From assembly GCF_004010195.1 (NCBI RefSeq), contig NC_057719.1, positions 8,116,190 through 8,180,189 of the forward strand: 64,000 bases of DNA. The letters are read 5' to 3'. Of this stretch, positions 24,401-37,254 are shown in pieces. A model generated the notes under the pieces. It worked only from the letters and a program-made list of their open reading frames with translations, was not told the origin of the DNA and searched no databases. How positions within the stretch are numbered: the first letter of the stretch is position 1; every line of letters begins with the position of its first letter. The stretch is from Chiloscyllium plagiosum. Taxonomy: Eukaryota. A program made the position numbers and the translations under genes.

Positions 24401-24968
24401 CTAACCTACCTGCCCCTGATTCACCATTGAATGTTCCTCTAGCATATGCAGCCTGAGTTAATACTTGAAGAATAGGCACCTTGGTAGGAAACTGGGAAAT
24501 GGCTGTGGTACCTTTGTTTAGCCTGAACTAACACCTGGAAAGGAGGGGATGAAGAGGGAAAACTGTTGTAATATTGTTTGCAATGTAATCCCTGTGACCT
24601 TTTTCCATCCTGTCCTCTACCAGAATCCTGTACCTTTGCTCCGCAAAACAGAAATATGCTGCAAAACAAATGTTAATTTGCACAAATGCGAGTGTATTCT
24701 ACAAGATAGAATGCTTGTGGAAGGTCTAGCGCTTGACATCCCTTTCATTATCAACAAAAGAGAACACTGAACCGTGCACTATTCTGAAGAACACTGACTC
24801 GTGTATTGTTACTAATGAACAAGTTGGCTTGTGTGTTCTGTTATTAAGGAGAATTTTGACCCTGTGTGATGCTAATGAGAAAAGTGACTCACTTGTACAG
24901 TTACAACATTGATGCTGGTTTCAGTAAAATAGAGAGGTTAACATGTTTTAACTTGGTTTTGAATTTAG

Positions 24969-25046
24969 AGCACACGGATGGCGTTGGATCATCTTGAATC
25001 GGTGCCAGAGAGGTTGAGTATCCTAGATGGCATCCGGGATTTGGAG
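24969..25046 (+). CDS. Candidate coding exon (STRMALDHLESVPERLSILDGIRDLE), phase 0 to 0
   Basis: 78 nt; acceptor tttag, strong donor GAG|gtaagg; open frame in unique sequence. Confidence 0.7.
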
Positions 25047-26210
25047 GTAAGGACATTTTGATGATTGTTTTAATTGCCCATTTTCATAATACAAAAATGT
25101 GGAAACAATTAGTTGAAAATCCGTGACATTTTTATCGTGACATTGTAAAGCCTAAAGCACTTAATCTCTAACTGTGGTAAATTGGAGATAGATTTTGAAA
25201 ATATTTGGAACTCCTTTGTCTCCAGGCATGGTCTCTTTATATGGAAATATTGTGTTAGAGCCTTAAGGCCAAGAACATTGGAGCTTTTTACTGGACCCGT
25301 ACCTGGGATTCCAGGGTTGCTAGTTAAGATGAAGTATTGATCTGTGAAATACAACTCAATCTGTGAATTTGCCAAGGTTGTGTCCTTTAATCATACCTCC
25401 CTTTAATGGGAAGGACTACAATGGGGAAATTTAGAATTGCAACAGAAATCCTGTTGTGTGAATCAACAGAAAAATATTTTGACGAATTATAACCAGAAAT
25501 AGAAGCAGAAAGTATCAGAAGCACACTGGAAGCAAATCAGTATCTAAACAGTAGCACTTGGGGGTAAAACTGCACGTGGGAAGGAATGGAACATATGACA
25601 CATCTGACATTCCTTGTTTGATGTTCAGGGAATAACAATGTGTCATATAACTGGCAACCAATGTGATGCCACCTGATTGCACCCTTCCCAGCTGCAATTT
25701 CTGCATATCTGATGAATATCCTCTTGGACAGGCCGTTGAGGTTCTCGGTGTCAGGTTGAGTTCTTGTATTTTATTGCACAGTACAGTACAGTATTGTACA
25801 AGGAGAATATTGACCAGAAGGTTGGTCTTTCCTTCTCCATTTTCTTTCTTTCCTACTCATCTCTAATGAAGGCACTGACTCTCAAGTTAGTAGAGTTCCG
25901 TGGGTGGAAGAAGCCCTCTGACACTTGCCAAGGTGACCCTTCTAAGTTTCCTGCAGAAATGTGTGAATGGCTGCATTTCTTGCATTTTTTCCTTGCACCA
26001 CAATATCATTGGTGCCTGGAAAAAGGTTGCTGTCTGCTCAACAATGTTCTCATAGGAATTATCCACATGCCAGCACTGATGACGGTGCATCTCAGAACAG
26101 AATGCAAGTGAAGAATGGATTTACTTTGAACTTTGAGTTGGTTGTATATCACAGGAGCACAATGCATTCAGTCAGTATGCTCCTGCATGTCCACTGCATT
26201 CATTGAGAAG

Positions 26211-28755
26211 TCATGATTTGGAGGAGCCGGTATTGGACTGGGGTGTACAAAGTTAAAAATCACCAGGTTATAGTTCAACAGGTTTATTTGGAAGCACTAG
26301 CTTTTGGAGCACAGCTCCTTCATCACGTAGAGGTGGAGTATAAGTTCATAAGACACAGAATTTATAGCGAAAGTTTACAGCGTGATGTAACTGAAATTAT
26401 ATATTGAAAAAGACCTGGATTGTTTGTTAAGTCTCTCATCTGTTAAAATGACAAAGTTGGTTTCAGTTCTTTCATATGTAAATCGCAAAACTCTTTGAAA
26501 AGATACATTTTCAAGTGAACTTTAACAATTGGTGTCATGTTGGCCCAGATAATGTATTAAAGGTGTGAGCTACACTGTGTGAGGCTGTCTGTGCCATAAT
26601 GGACAGACTGATTCTAATCTAACAAACGGATCTACATAATCTTATATGGATTCATGTAGTTTTTAAGCAAAATAAGATGTAATTCTGCAAATACAAATTC
26701 ACCCCACACACTTAGGGTTGTGTGTGCATGTAGGTGTGTGTGTGGAAGTTATGAGTGTCTGTGAGAGAGTGTGTGAATGTGTGTGAGTGTGCATGTAAAG
26801 GGGTATAAGTCTGTGAGGGGGTGCGTGTGTGCATGTGAATGTGGGAGTGTGTATGAGAGAGAGCCTGTCTATGAGAAAGCTTCTACGTTAGTGTATGGGT
26901 CTGTAGGTGTGTGTGTGTATGTATATATATCTATGTAAGCTATCCCAATGGGGCTATCAGCCTCTGCTCGGTCACTTTTTGTTGTTGGTCAGAGACCGCC
27001 TTAGCGGAGAGTCACCCAAAGGTCTGAGGTCAAATGTCCCAGACCGCTGAAATTTTCTCTGACTGGGAGGGAGCACTCCGGTCTGTTGATTGTTGAGCAG
27101 TGTCCATTAATCCGTTGCCGTAGCCTCCTCTCGGTCTCTTCAATGTACCATACCTCAGGGCATCCTTGCCTGCAGCGTATGAGATAGACAACGTTGGTTG
27201 AGTTGCATGCACGATGGCCTGCCACATGCACGATGGGAGGTGTCCCCACGCGGAATGGCGGTATATGTGTCGACACTCTGACATGTCTTGCAGCGTCTAC
27301 CGTGACAAGGTTATATAGTGTTGTCCTGAAAGCCGGGCAGTTTGCTACGAACAATGATCTGTCTGAGGAAGAAACCGTAATGACCTCCTCAGGAGACAGA
27401 CACGTGCTGCAACTGACAGGGTACCCTTCATAGTCCATTACTTCCCAGGAGCCGATAAACTACGCCATGTTCTTCGCAGCCTGCAACACATTATCAATGA
27501 GGATATGCACCTTGCCAAGACCTTCCCCACACCTCCACTTCTCACCTTTAAACAACCACCAAACCTCAAATAGACCATTGTTCGTAGCAAACTGTCTGGC
27601 TTTCAGGACAACTCCATACAACCCTGTCACAGTAGTCACTGCAAGACGTGTCAGAGTGTCGACACAGATACCACCTTTACGCGTGGGGACACCTCCCACT
27701 GTGTACATGGTAGGTACTCATGCAGCTCAGCCAACATTGTCTATCTCATACGCTGCAGGCAAGGATGCCCTGAGGCATGGTACATTGGCGAGACTGAGCT
27801 GAGCCAACAGTAGCAGATGAATGGGCACTACACAACAATCAACAGACCGGAGTGTTCCCTCCCAGTCGGAGAACACTTCAGCGGTCAGGGACATTCGACC
27901 TCGGACCTTCGGGTGACTGTCCTCTAAGGCAGACTTCGAGACAGGCAATAGCGCAGAGTGGCCAAGCAGAGGCTGTTAGCCAAGTTTGGTATCCATGGGG
28001 ATGGCCTCAACCGGGACTTTGGGTTCATGTCACACTACAGGTGACTCCACTGCACTACACACACACACAGATACACAGACACACGCACACACACCTACTC
28101 ATACACTCACACAGACCCTCTCTCATACACAAGCACTCTCTCATACGTTCACACATACGCTCCCACACATACACGCACCCTCTCACAGACTTATACCCTT
28201 TTACACTCACATACATAAACCCACTCTTTCACAGACACTCATAACCCCCTCACACACACACACACCTATATGCACACACACATATATATTTGTGGGGTGA
28301 ATTTGCATTTGCAGAATTACATCTTATTTTGCTCAAAAACTGCATGACTCCATATAAGATTCTGTAAATCCATTTTTTAGATTAGAATCAGTCTGACCAT
28401 TGTGGCACAGACAGCCACACACAGGGCAGCTCACACCTTCAATGCATTATCTGGGCCAACATGACACCAATTGTTAAAGTTCACCTAAGGATGTGAATTT
28501 AAAAAGGTTCTGCAATTTACATATGAAAGAACTGAAACCAAAATGTTCATTCCAAAAATTGAGAGTCTTAACAAACAATCCAGGTCTTTTTCAATGTATA
28601 ATTTCAGTTACATCACACTGTAAACTTTTGCTATAAATTCTGTGCCTTACAATTGTGTCCTCCACAACCTCCTGATGAAGGAGCAGCGCTCCAAAAGTTA
28701 GTGTCCTTCCAATTAAGCCTGTTGGACCATAACCTGGTGTTGTGTGATTTTTAAC
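26211..28755 (+). mobile_element. Penelope-like element, second family, with inverted terminal copy and (CA)n-rich 3' region
   Basis: Plus arm from about 27365 encodes RVPFIVHYFPGADKLRHVLRSLQHII...TFKQPPNLK then a GIY-YIG region. Minus arm 26211-27360 mirrors it (NVVYLIRCRQGCPEVWYIEETERRLRQRINGH). TSD ttcattgagaag at 26199-26210 and 28756-28767. Confidence 0.9.
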
Positions 28756-29379
28756 TTCATTGAGAAGGCAGCGGTTCCTCTACAGCCGTAAGTGTTACCT
28801 AGCTGTCTTTCATTGTTTGTTCAGTCTACTTAGATTACAGTCACCGCACTTGAAAGTAATTGATTATATGTGAAGTGCTTTGAGAGATTTCTAAAAGATA
28901 TATAGCACAATATAATGCAAGTACTTCTTTTCAGAGATATTTCAATGTTGACGGATAATTCAGTTGGTGATAGAAAAGCTGATGGGTATTTTGATGGTTG
29001 GTGTTGTTTCCAGTTTACGATGCAGCCACTTTTCTACCTTTGTATTTCCATTTGCGCTCCACAAGCCTGCAAAAAAAAATCAACCCTTGGGAGGAATGTT
29101 TCCAATTTGGTGGGAGGGGAGCATGAGAGGAGTAGGAAGCTTGTTGGGTTAGTATCCCAAAGCCGACCTTCCTCCCTCCAGCTTTTTAATCAATAAGTGA
29201 GTGCAGATAATGAAAGCAATTAAAGTGGGCTATAAAGATTGCAAGTTGTGTTGCCAACTTGGAAAGTTGGAGAAGCAAAGCTTTTTCGTTCTTACTTGGG
29301 ATGTGGGCTGGCCACTCTTTGTTGCCCATCCCTAATTGCCTTTGAAGCTTGTTGCGTCATTTCATTGGACAGTCAAGAA

Positions 29380-30468
29380 TCAACCACTTGGATAGAGAAC
29401 TGGCTAGGCAGAAGTAGCAGTGAAAGGGAATTTCTCAAAATGGGGCCCAGTGACCAATGGTGTTCCTCAAGAACTGTGCTGGGACCACTGTTGTTTGTTA
29501 TATACGTAATTGATCTCGAGGAAGGTATAGGTGATCTGATTAGCAAGTTTGCAGGTGACTCTAAGATTGGCAGATTAGCTGATAGTGAAGGGGCCTGTCA
29601 GAGAATGCAGTGGAATATAGATAGATTGGAGAGCTGGGCAGAGAAATGCCAGATGGTGTTCAATCCTGACAAATGCGAGGTGATAAATTTTGGAAGATCC
29701 AATTCAAGAGCGAACTATACAGTAAATGGAAAATTCCTGGGGAAAATTGATGTACAGAGAGATCTGGGTGTTCAGGTCCATTGTACCCTAAAGGTGGCAT
29801 CACGGGTTAGTGGAATGGTCAAGAAGGCATACGGCATGCTTTCCTTCATCATACGGAGTATTGAGTACAAGAATTGGCAGGTCATGTTACAGTTGTATTG
29901 GACATTGGTTCGGCCACATTTTGGAATACTGCCAACAGTTTTGATCGCCATATTACCAAAATGATGTGAATGCTTTGCAGAGGGTACAATGGAGGTTCAC
30001 AGGATGTTGCGTCATATGTAGGGCGCTAGCTATGAAGAGAGGTTGAGTAGATTAGAATTATTTTCATTAGCAAGATGGAGATTGAGGGGGGACCTGATTG
30101 AGGTCTACAAAATCATGAGAGGTATAGACAGGGTGGATAATGAGAAGCACTTTTTCCCAGAGTGGGGGACTCAATTACTAGGGATCACAAGTTCAAGGTG
30201 AGAGGGGAAAAGTTTAAGGGAGATATGCGTGGAAAGTTCTTCATGCAAAGGGTGGTGGGTGCCTGGAACGTGTTGCCAGTGGAGGTGGCAGGGGCAGGAA
30301 CGATAGTGTCATTTAAGATGTATCTAGACAGATATATGAATGAACAAGGAGTAGAGGAATACAGATCCTTAGAAAATGGACGACAGGTTTGGTTAGAGGA
30401 TCTGGATCAGTGCAGGCTTGGAGGGCCAAAGGGCCTGTTCCTGTGCTGTGATTTTCGTTGTTCTTTGT
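29380..30468 (+). mobile_element. CR1 LINE RT and 3' end
   Basis: VLGPLLFVIYVIDL...SKFAGDSKIG...FNPDKCEVINFG; HKFKVRGEKFKGDMRGKFF. Confidence 0.92.
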
Positions 30469-31532
30469 ACTTTGTTTCTGTGGGTCACATATAGGCCAGA
30501 CTAGGCTAAGGAAAGCAAATTTTCTTCCCGAAAGGATATTAATGAACCAAATGGATTTTTGCAAAGATTGATGATCATTGTCATAGTCACCATTACTGAT
30601 GGTGGCTGTATGTTTCAGATTGAATTTTAATTTTCATCAGTTGCCATGGTGAGGCTTAAATCCATGATCCCACAATATTAGACTGGGCCTCTGAATTCTT
30701 ACTTCAGTGGCTTATCCTCTGTGCTACCATTCTCCCCGCCACTCCCAATGCAGGTGACCAATGGAAAATCTTTGAGGTCTGAGCCCAGCATGACTTCAGC
30801 AACATTAGGAGGGAAAGCAACTTCTAGTACGTCAGCTATAAACAAAGGCAAGCACTGACAGGAACCTTCCTTAATGCAAATTCATTAGGTTGTTTTCAGC
30901 AAAAAGAATTTGGCGCCATTTCACTGAGGACATGTTGACAGGGTGAGTGCTGAAAAGATGTTTCCCATTTTTAATAACAATATGCAGGGAGTACTGGTTA
31001 GCTCATTTGGCTGGACGGCTAGTTTGCAATGCAGTAATGTCAACGATGTAGATTCAACTCCTGTACCAGCTGAGGTGTGGTAACCCTCAAAGAACCACCA
31101 GCCATCTTGTTCTGGTGAGAGAGCAATCCTAATTTTCTCTGGGGCTATGGCGACTTTATTCCAAATATGGTTTCACCAGTGCCCTATATAACCGACACAC
31201 AACCTCATTACTTGTGTTAAAAAACTAAAAGAACTGCAGATGCTAGAAATCAGAAACAAAGGCAAATATTGCTGGAAAAGCTCAACAGGTCTGGCAACAT
31301 CTATGGAAAGAAATCAGAATGAATGCTTTGGGTCAGTCACCCATCGCCAGATCAGAAATTATAATATTGGATTAGCTTTCCTAATTACTTGCTGTACCTG
31401 AATACTTGCTTTTTCTGTTTAGTGCACAAGGACACCCAGTTCACTTTGCATCTTGCAAATATATATGTTTCTTTTTATTATTTCTGCCAAAATGGATATT
31501 TTCACACTTTCCCTCATTATACTCCATTTCCC

Positions 31533-31840
31533 GGCACAGTGGTTAGCACTGCTACCTCACAGCGCCAGAGACCCGGATTCAGTTCCCGCCTCAGGCGACT
31601 CTCTGTGTGGAGTTTGCACATTCTCCCCGTGTCTATGTGGGTTTCCTCCAGGTGCTCCGGTTTCCTCCCAAAATCCAAAAATGTGCAGGTTAGGTGAATT
31701 GGCCATGCTAAATTGCCTGTAGTGTTAGGTCAAGGGGTAAATGTAGAGGAATGGGTCTGGGTGGGTTGGGCTTCGGTGGGTCGGTGTGGACTTATTGGGC
31801 CGAAGGGCCTGTTTCTACACTATAAGTAATCTAATCTAAT
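31533..31840 (+). mobile_element. HE1-like V-SINE
   Basis: ggcacagtggttagcactgctacctcacagcgccagagacc...; (taatc)n tail. Confidence 0.9.
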
Positions 31841-32637
31841 TCCCACATCTTGGCCCATTCACTAAAGTTATCAATATCACCATTTACTCTCCTCCTTAGC
31901 TGAGTCTCATCAACAGATGTGGCAGCCATACTTTCTGTTCATAGATATTACATCCAAGTAATATCTATGAACTTTAAACAATTAAGATCCCAGCAACTAT
32001 CCTTTATATCATTCACTGCATTTTGCCAACCTGAAGAAGACCCATTTATGCCTAATGTCTGCTTCTTGTTAGACAGTCAATCGTCTATTCATGACCCTAT
32101 GCAAATTCTTATACCATGAGCTTTTCATTTACTTTGATACAGGACTTTGTCACATGTCTTATTGAAGTCCAAGTACACCACATCCATTGGTTTCCTTTTA
32201 ACTGCAACATATGTTACTTTCTCAAAGAACTCTAATACATTGCTCAAACATGGTGTTTAGGAACAGGAATAGGCCATTCAGCCCTTCAGCCTGTTCCATA
32301 TGTCAATGAGACCATGTGTGATCAGTGGTGAAACTCCATACCCTTGCCTTTGGCCCATGTCCCTGATCACCTTTGCTTAATAAAATTCAACTGCTGTTTG
32401 TGGAGGAGGGTTCCAAACCTCTATCACCCTTTGTGTGCGGAAGTGCTTCCAAACATCTCTCCTGAACGGTCTGGCCCTAATTCTCAGGCTATGCCCTCTA
32501 ATTCTAGAATCCCCAACCAGTGGAAATAATTTAGCTTTTTCCACGCTGTCTTTTCCTGTTAATATCTTGAAGACTTTGTTCAGATCACCCACATACCCTT
32601 CTAAATTCTAGAGACCCAGTCTGTATATTCTGTCCTT

Positions 32638-32963
32638 GGTGGCACAGTTGCTCAGTGGTTAGCACTGCTGCCTCACAGCACTAGGGGCCCAAGTTCAGTT
32701 TCAGCCTCAGGCAACTGACTGTGTGGAGTTCTCACATTCTCCCCGTGTCTGCATGGGTTGCCTCAGGGTGCTTTGGTTTCCTCCCACAATCCAAAGATGT
32801 GCAAGTCAGGTGAATTAGCCATGCTAAATTGCCCATAGAGTTAGATGCATTAGTCAGAGGGAAATTTGGGGAATGGTTCTGGGTGGGTTACTCTTCGGAG
32901 GGTCTGTGTGGACTAGTTGGGCTGAAGGGCCTGTTTCCACACTGTAGGGAATCTAATCTAATC
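32638..32963 (+). mobile_element. HE1-like V-SINE
   Basis: Same head, V-domain and tail as the other HE1 copies. Confidence 0.9.
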
Positions 32964-33566
32964 ATGACTTAACCCTTGAAGTTCAGTTATTATTCTTGTA
33001 AACCTACACTCTACTCCCTCCAAGGTAAATATATTCTTCCTAAGGTGTGGTATCCAGATCTGCTCTCAGTACTCCAAGTTGGGTCCAGCCAGGATTTTGT
33101 AAAGCTACCTTTCACAAAACCAAATTGCCTCTTCCACATTACTGTACCATATCTGAGCACCCCGCAATAACTGCTTTTGCCATAGCTTTGAACATTTTTT
33201 TCTGTTTTCCTCATTTCAACAGGGCCCCAATCCACAAGATCCTACACTCTGGTTGAATTGGTTCAATCAGTTTTGTACTCAACCAGTATAGTTCTTGGCA
33301 TTAAATAGAACATAGTGATAAGCATGAGCTGCCCCTAATCAGCATACCTTATATAATTACAATGAAACTAATAGTCCCCATGACCAAATGCAGTTTGGGG
33401 AGGCGAAGTGAATTATAATGAATTGCAAATATTTTAAGGGTTGCATCAAAAAAGGGAGTTTTCTTGGAGATATTAAAGGGCTTGAAGAAGCAATTCCATT
33501 TAATTTTGTGTTGAATTAAATATTGTTATCTATGTTTTTTCTCCCTTTATTATTTTTGTTAAACAG

Positions 33567-33676
33567 AATGCAATTCAAGAGTCACATTGTATTCTCTCTC
33601 CCTACCCCTGCCTGCGCACAAAAACAAAACAAACTTATCTCGAAAATGTATCTTGGGAGAGGATTGGGATGGCGAA
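33567..33676 (+). CDS. Candidate coding exon (NAIQESHCILSPYPCLRTKTKQTYLENVSWERIGMA), phase 0 to 2
   Basis: Long pyrimidine tract plus aaacag acceptor; donor AA|gtaatg. Continues the frame of exon 24969 (...RDLE|NAIQ...). Confidence 0.55.
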
Positions 33677-35577
33677 GTAATGCAAAACTGATATTGTGGA
33701 TGCAGGGCGAAGGTCTTGTGTCCAAAACCAGCAGGTTTAACAAGGCAGTGGGTTACAGAATGTCTTTCTTGCCATTTGAGTTTCTCAAATGTCAAGTTGA
33801 TGGTTAAATTTATGAAGATAGACAAGTGCTGTCCGTAACAGTTGTTGGTGGATGTTTCCACTGCTCCAAGAGGTTTAAAAGTTGACTTTTTTGTTGACGG
33901 CATTGGGGGAATTGTATTATATTTCCTTTGCATACTCATCCATTTATTTCACAAATAATACAGTAGATGCTCAGTAAAAGTTCTGGGATCTATCACATGA
34001 TGCACAAAGTTGCTGCTGTTTGCCACTGAATGACGCATTTCCCAGAAACTCAACATGCCACCAGCAATGTGTTCCAACAAAGCAGCCTTTATTTTAAGTG
34101 AAGAGTTTAAGCAACTAAAAATATAACCATGATAAATCTCAGTCATCACATTTCATAAAGTGCAGAGAAATAAATATAAGCAGTGTGCTTTGACCTACTC
34201 AAGGACTATAACAAAAACAGAAATTGCTGGAAAAGCTCAGCAGGTCTGGCAGCATCGGTGAAGAGGAATCAGAGAAACATTAACTCTGATTTCTCCTGAC
34301 TGATGCTGCTGGACCTGCTGAGCTTTTCCAGCAATTTCTGTCATAGTCATAGAGATGTACAGCATGGAAACAGACCCTTCGGTCCAAACCGGCCATGCCG
34401 ACCAGATATCCCGACCAAATCTAGTCCCACCTGCCAGCACCCAGCCCATATCCTTCCAAACCCTTCCTATTCATATACCCATCCAAATGCCTCTTAAATG
34501 TTGCAATTGTACCAGCCTCCACCACATCCTCTGGCAGCTCATTCCATATACGCCCCATAGGTCTCTTTTATATCTTTCCCCTCTCACCTTTCTGATTTAT
34601 AGCATCTGCAGTTCTTTCAGTTTTTAAGGGACTAATAACAGTTTGTTGCTGTTTAAAATGGAAAAAGATTACAACTCCTGATGCTTTCATATGATAGGTT
34701 CTGTTTAGAAATCACCTCCTGACCTTTCAGTATTAACCTATTTGTGTTGCATTTCCCTGGTTGCTTCATTTCAATTTTCCTCTTTAACTTTTATATAAAC
34801 TTCTGTTCATCAGATTTAAAAGTATAAACTGTGCCTACCTACAGCCTATTTGAAGTACGTTGGCAGCTTGTACTCAGCATACACTTATCAGCCGTAGTGT
34901 GGCCATCCAAAGAGCCATGCTATCATTAATCCATGCAGTGTACTTTGCACATCTTGCATTAGAACCAGGACCCCCTCAAACATGCTCCACCATTTAATAC
35001 GATCATGGCTGATCTCATCCCGTCCTCCACTCCACTTTCTTGCCCATTTCTTAAATACCTTCCAACCGATAATGTGATCTTTTTATTTTGCATGTGGAAT
35101 GTTTGTGGTGAGTTGGTCAATCTATGCACTTTGATGTTGTCGGCTAATGTAGGCCAGTAACTGGAGTGAACTAGTCCATATGAGTTTAACGTCAGTCAGC
35201 AAAGTGTAAACATTTGCATGCATTTAACCTGAGCTCCATTTTAACTCCCTGCCATGAAACTTCACTCACACCTGCCACTGGTTTGAAAGGCTGGTGGTTC
35301 TTACAGCTCACTGACAAATGTAATTGGAAAAGACTACTAGTCAGCCAAATAGACTTCTTTGATTTTTAACCCATGAAATGAATGATTGGGTCCGGTACTG
35401 TGTTATTGCTGACAATTCCTCTCTGCTGACTGTCCAGATGTGAAGTTAAATGTTTTGCCAATTCTGACATCTACCCCAAACTTGCTATGTTATTTCTGAT
35501 GCATTTTACAGGCACTTCAACCTCATCCACTGTTCCAATACATGATCCTGCAACCATTCCAAAAGCTATGTCAGTAT

Positions 35578-35880
35578 CGGCATGGTGGCTCAGTGGTTGG
35601 CGCTACTGCCTCACAGCACCAGGGACCTGGATTTGATTCCAGCCTTGGGTGACTGTCTGTGTGGAGTTTGCACATTCTCCCCATGTCTGCATGGGTTACC
35701 TCCCACAATACAAAGATGTGCAGGTTAGGTGAATTGGCCATGCTACATTGCCCGTAGTGTTCAGGGAGTGTAGGTTAGGTGCATTAGTCAGGGTTTAGGG
35801 TTTGGTTGGAATACGCTTCAGATGATTGGTGTGGACCTGTTGTGCCGAAGGGCCTGTTTCTACATTGTAGGGATTCTATG
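35578..35880 (+). mobile_element. HE1-like V-SINE
   Basis: ggcatggtggctcagtggttggcgctactgcctcacagc...gggattctatg. Confidence 0.9.
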
Positions 35881-37254
35881 ATGATAAATCCCACCTTGTT
35901 TTGGCACGTACCACTACGTTGTTTACCTCTATCTTTGCAGTATCTCCTGTAAGCATTTGTTCAATTCCCTTTCGAAGACTACTGTTGCATCTGTATCCAC
36001 CAACCTATTGGACATTGCATAAGAAATGTTATGCTGCTGTCACCTTTGATTATAGGGAAACTAGGGATTCCTTTTTGTAGGGGATGTGGAAATGATTTTG
36101 TTTGAGATTGTCCATTTAAAAAATTGAGGTCCAGAACAAGGGGATTTAATGAACGTACGTGCTTTTCTTGATCTTAGATTCATAATTTTGGTGTCCAACA
36201 ATCTCTCCATGATGAAGGTTTTCAGCAAGAGATGAGTTGAGATGGACAGAGTCAGGCAATATTACAGAGGTGGAAATGGGTGGCCTTAATGGTGGTATGG
36301 AGTTATCTATATGACAAGGCTGTGAACAGTCTGGTTCAGCCTCAGAGAATTTCCAGGGAGGGCATGGAATGGGCAGAGAGGGAGCAGAGTTTGGACTGGA
36401 GACAAATAGACTATTTTTAAATTCAGTCATTGCATTTGTGAGCACTGTTGACTGGACCAGAATATATTGTCCATCCCTAATTGTCAGAGGGCACTTGAGT
36501 GTCAATTGCATTGTGTGGATCTGGAGTCACATGTAGGATAGAGCAGGTAAAGTCAGCAGAATTCCTTCTCTAAAGGACATTAGTGAGTCAGATCAGTTTT
36601 CTGACAATGAACAATAGTTTCATGGTCACCATCAGACTTTTAATTCCAGATTATTATTGAATTCAAATTCACATTCTATTATCTGCCATGGCGGAATTTG
36701 AATCAGGATCCCCATATGTTTACAAAAACAGAAATTGCTGGAAAATCTCAGCAGGTCTGACAGCATCTATGGAGAGAAATCAGTGTTAGTGTTTCAGGTC
36801 ATTCTGAGTCGGGACCAACTCAGAACTGATAATCAAGAAACCCATCTCTGTCTTAAACACACTCAATGACTTGGCTTCTACAGTTTTCTGTGGCAATGAG
36901 TTCCAAAGATAAACCACCTTCAAAATGAAGAGGTTTCTCCTCATCTCAGTCCCTTCACTCTGAGGTAGTGCCCTTGGGTTCTAGACAGGTTCTGTCCACT
37001 CTAAACAGGCCTCTCTATATTCTTTAAGTTTCAGTGAGATACACCCCTTATCCTTCAAAGCTCCATCAAGTACAAACCCATGGTCCTTGTATAACAAGCC
37101 CTTCATTCCTGGGATCATTCTCGTAAACCTCCTCTGGACCAAGGCAAAAGCACATCCTACCTTAGATATGGGGCCCAAAACTGCTCACAATGTTCTGAAT
37201 GCAGTCTAACCACAGCCTTATGCAGCCTCAGCAATATAACCCTGCTATTGGATA

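Larger units (their letters stand above)
31160..33110 (-). mobile_element. Fragmented CR1 LINE(s) carrying two nested HE1 SINEs and a PLE fragment
   Basis: ORF 32377-32592(-) GDLNKVFKILTGKDSVEKAKLFPLVGDSRIRGHSL; other RT remnants. Confidence 0.75.

Noticed and set aside
29239..29964. 241-aa ORF as a functional reverse transcriptase
   Set aside because: Truncated CR1 fragment; the catalytic FADD is mutated to FAGD and the N-terminus comes from unrelated sequence.
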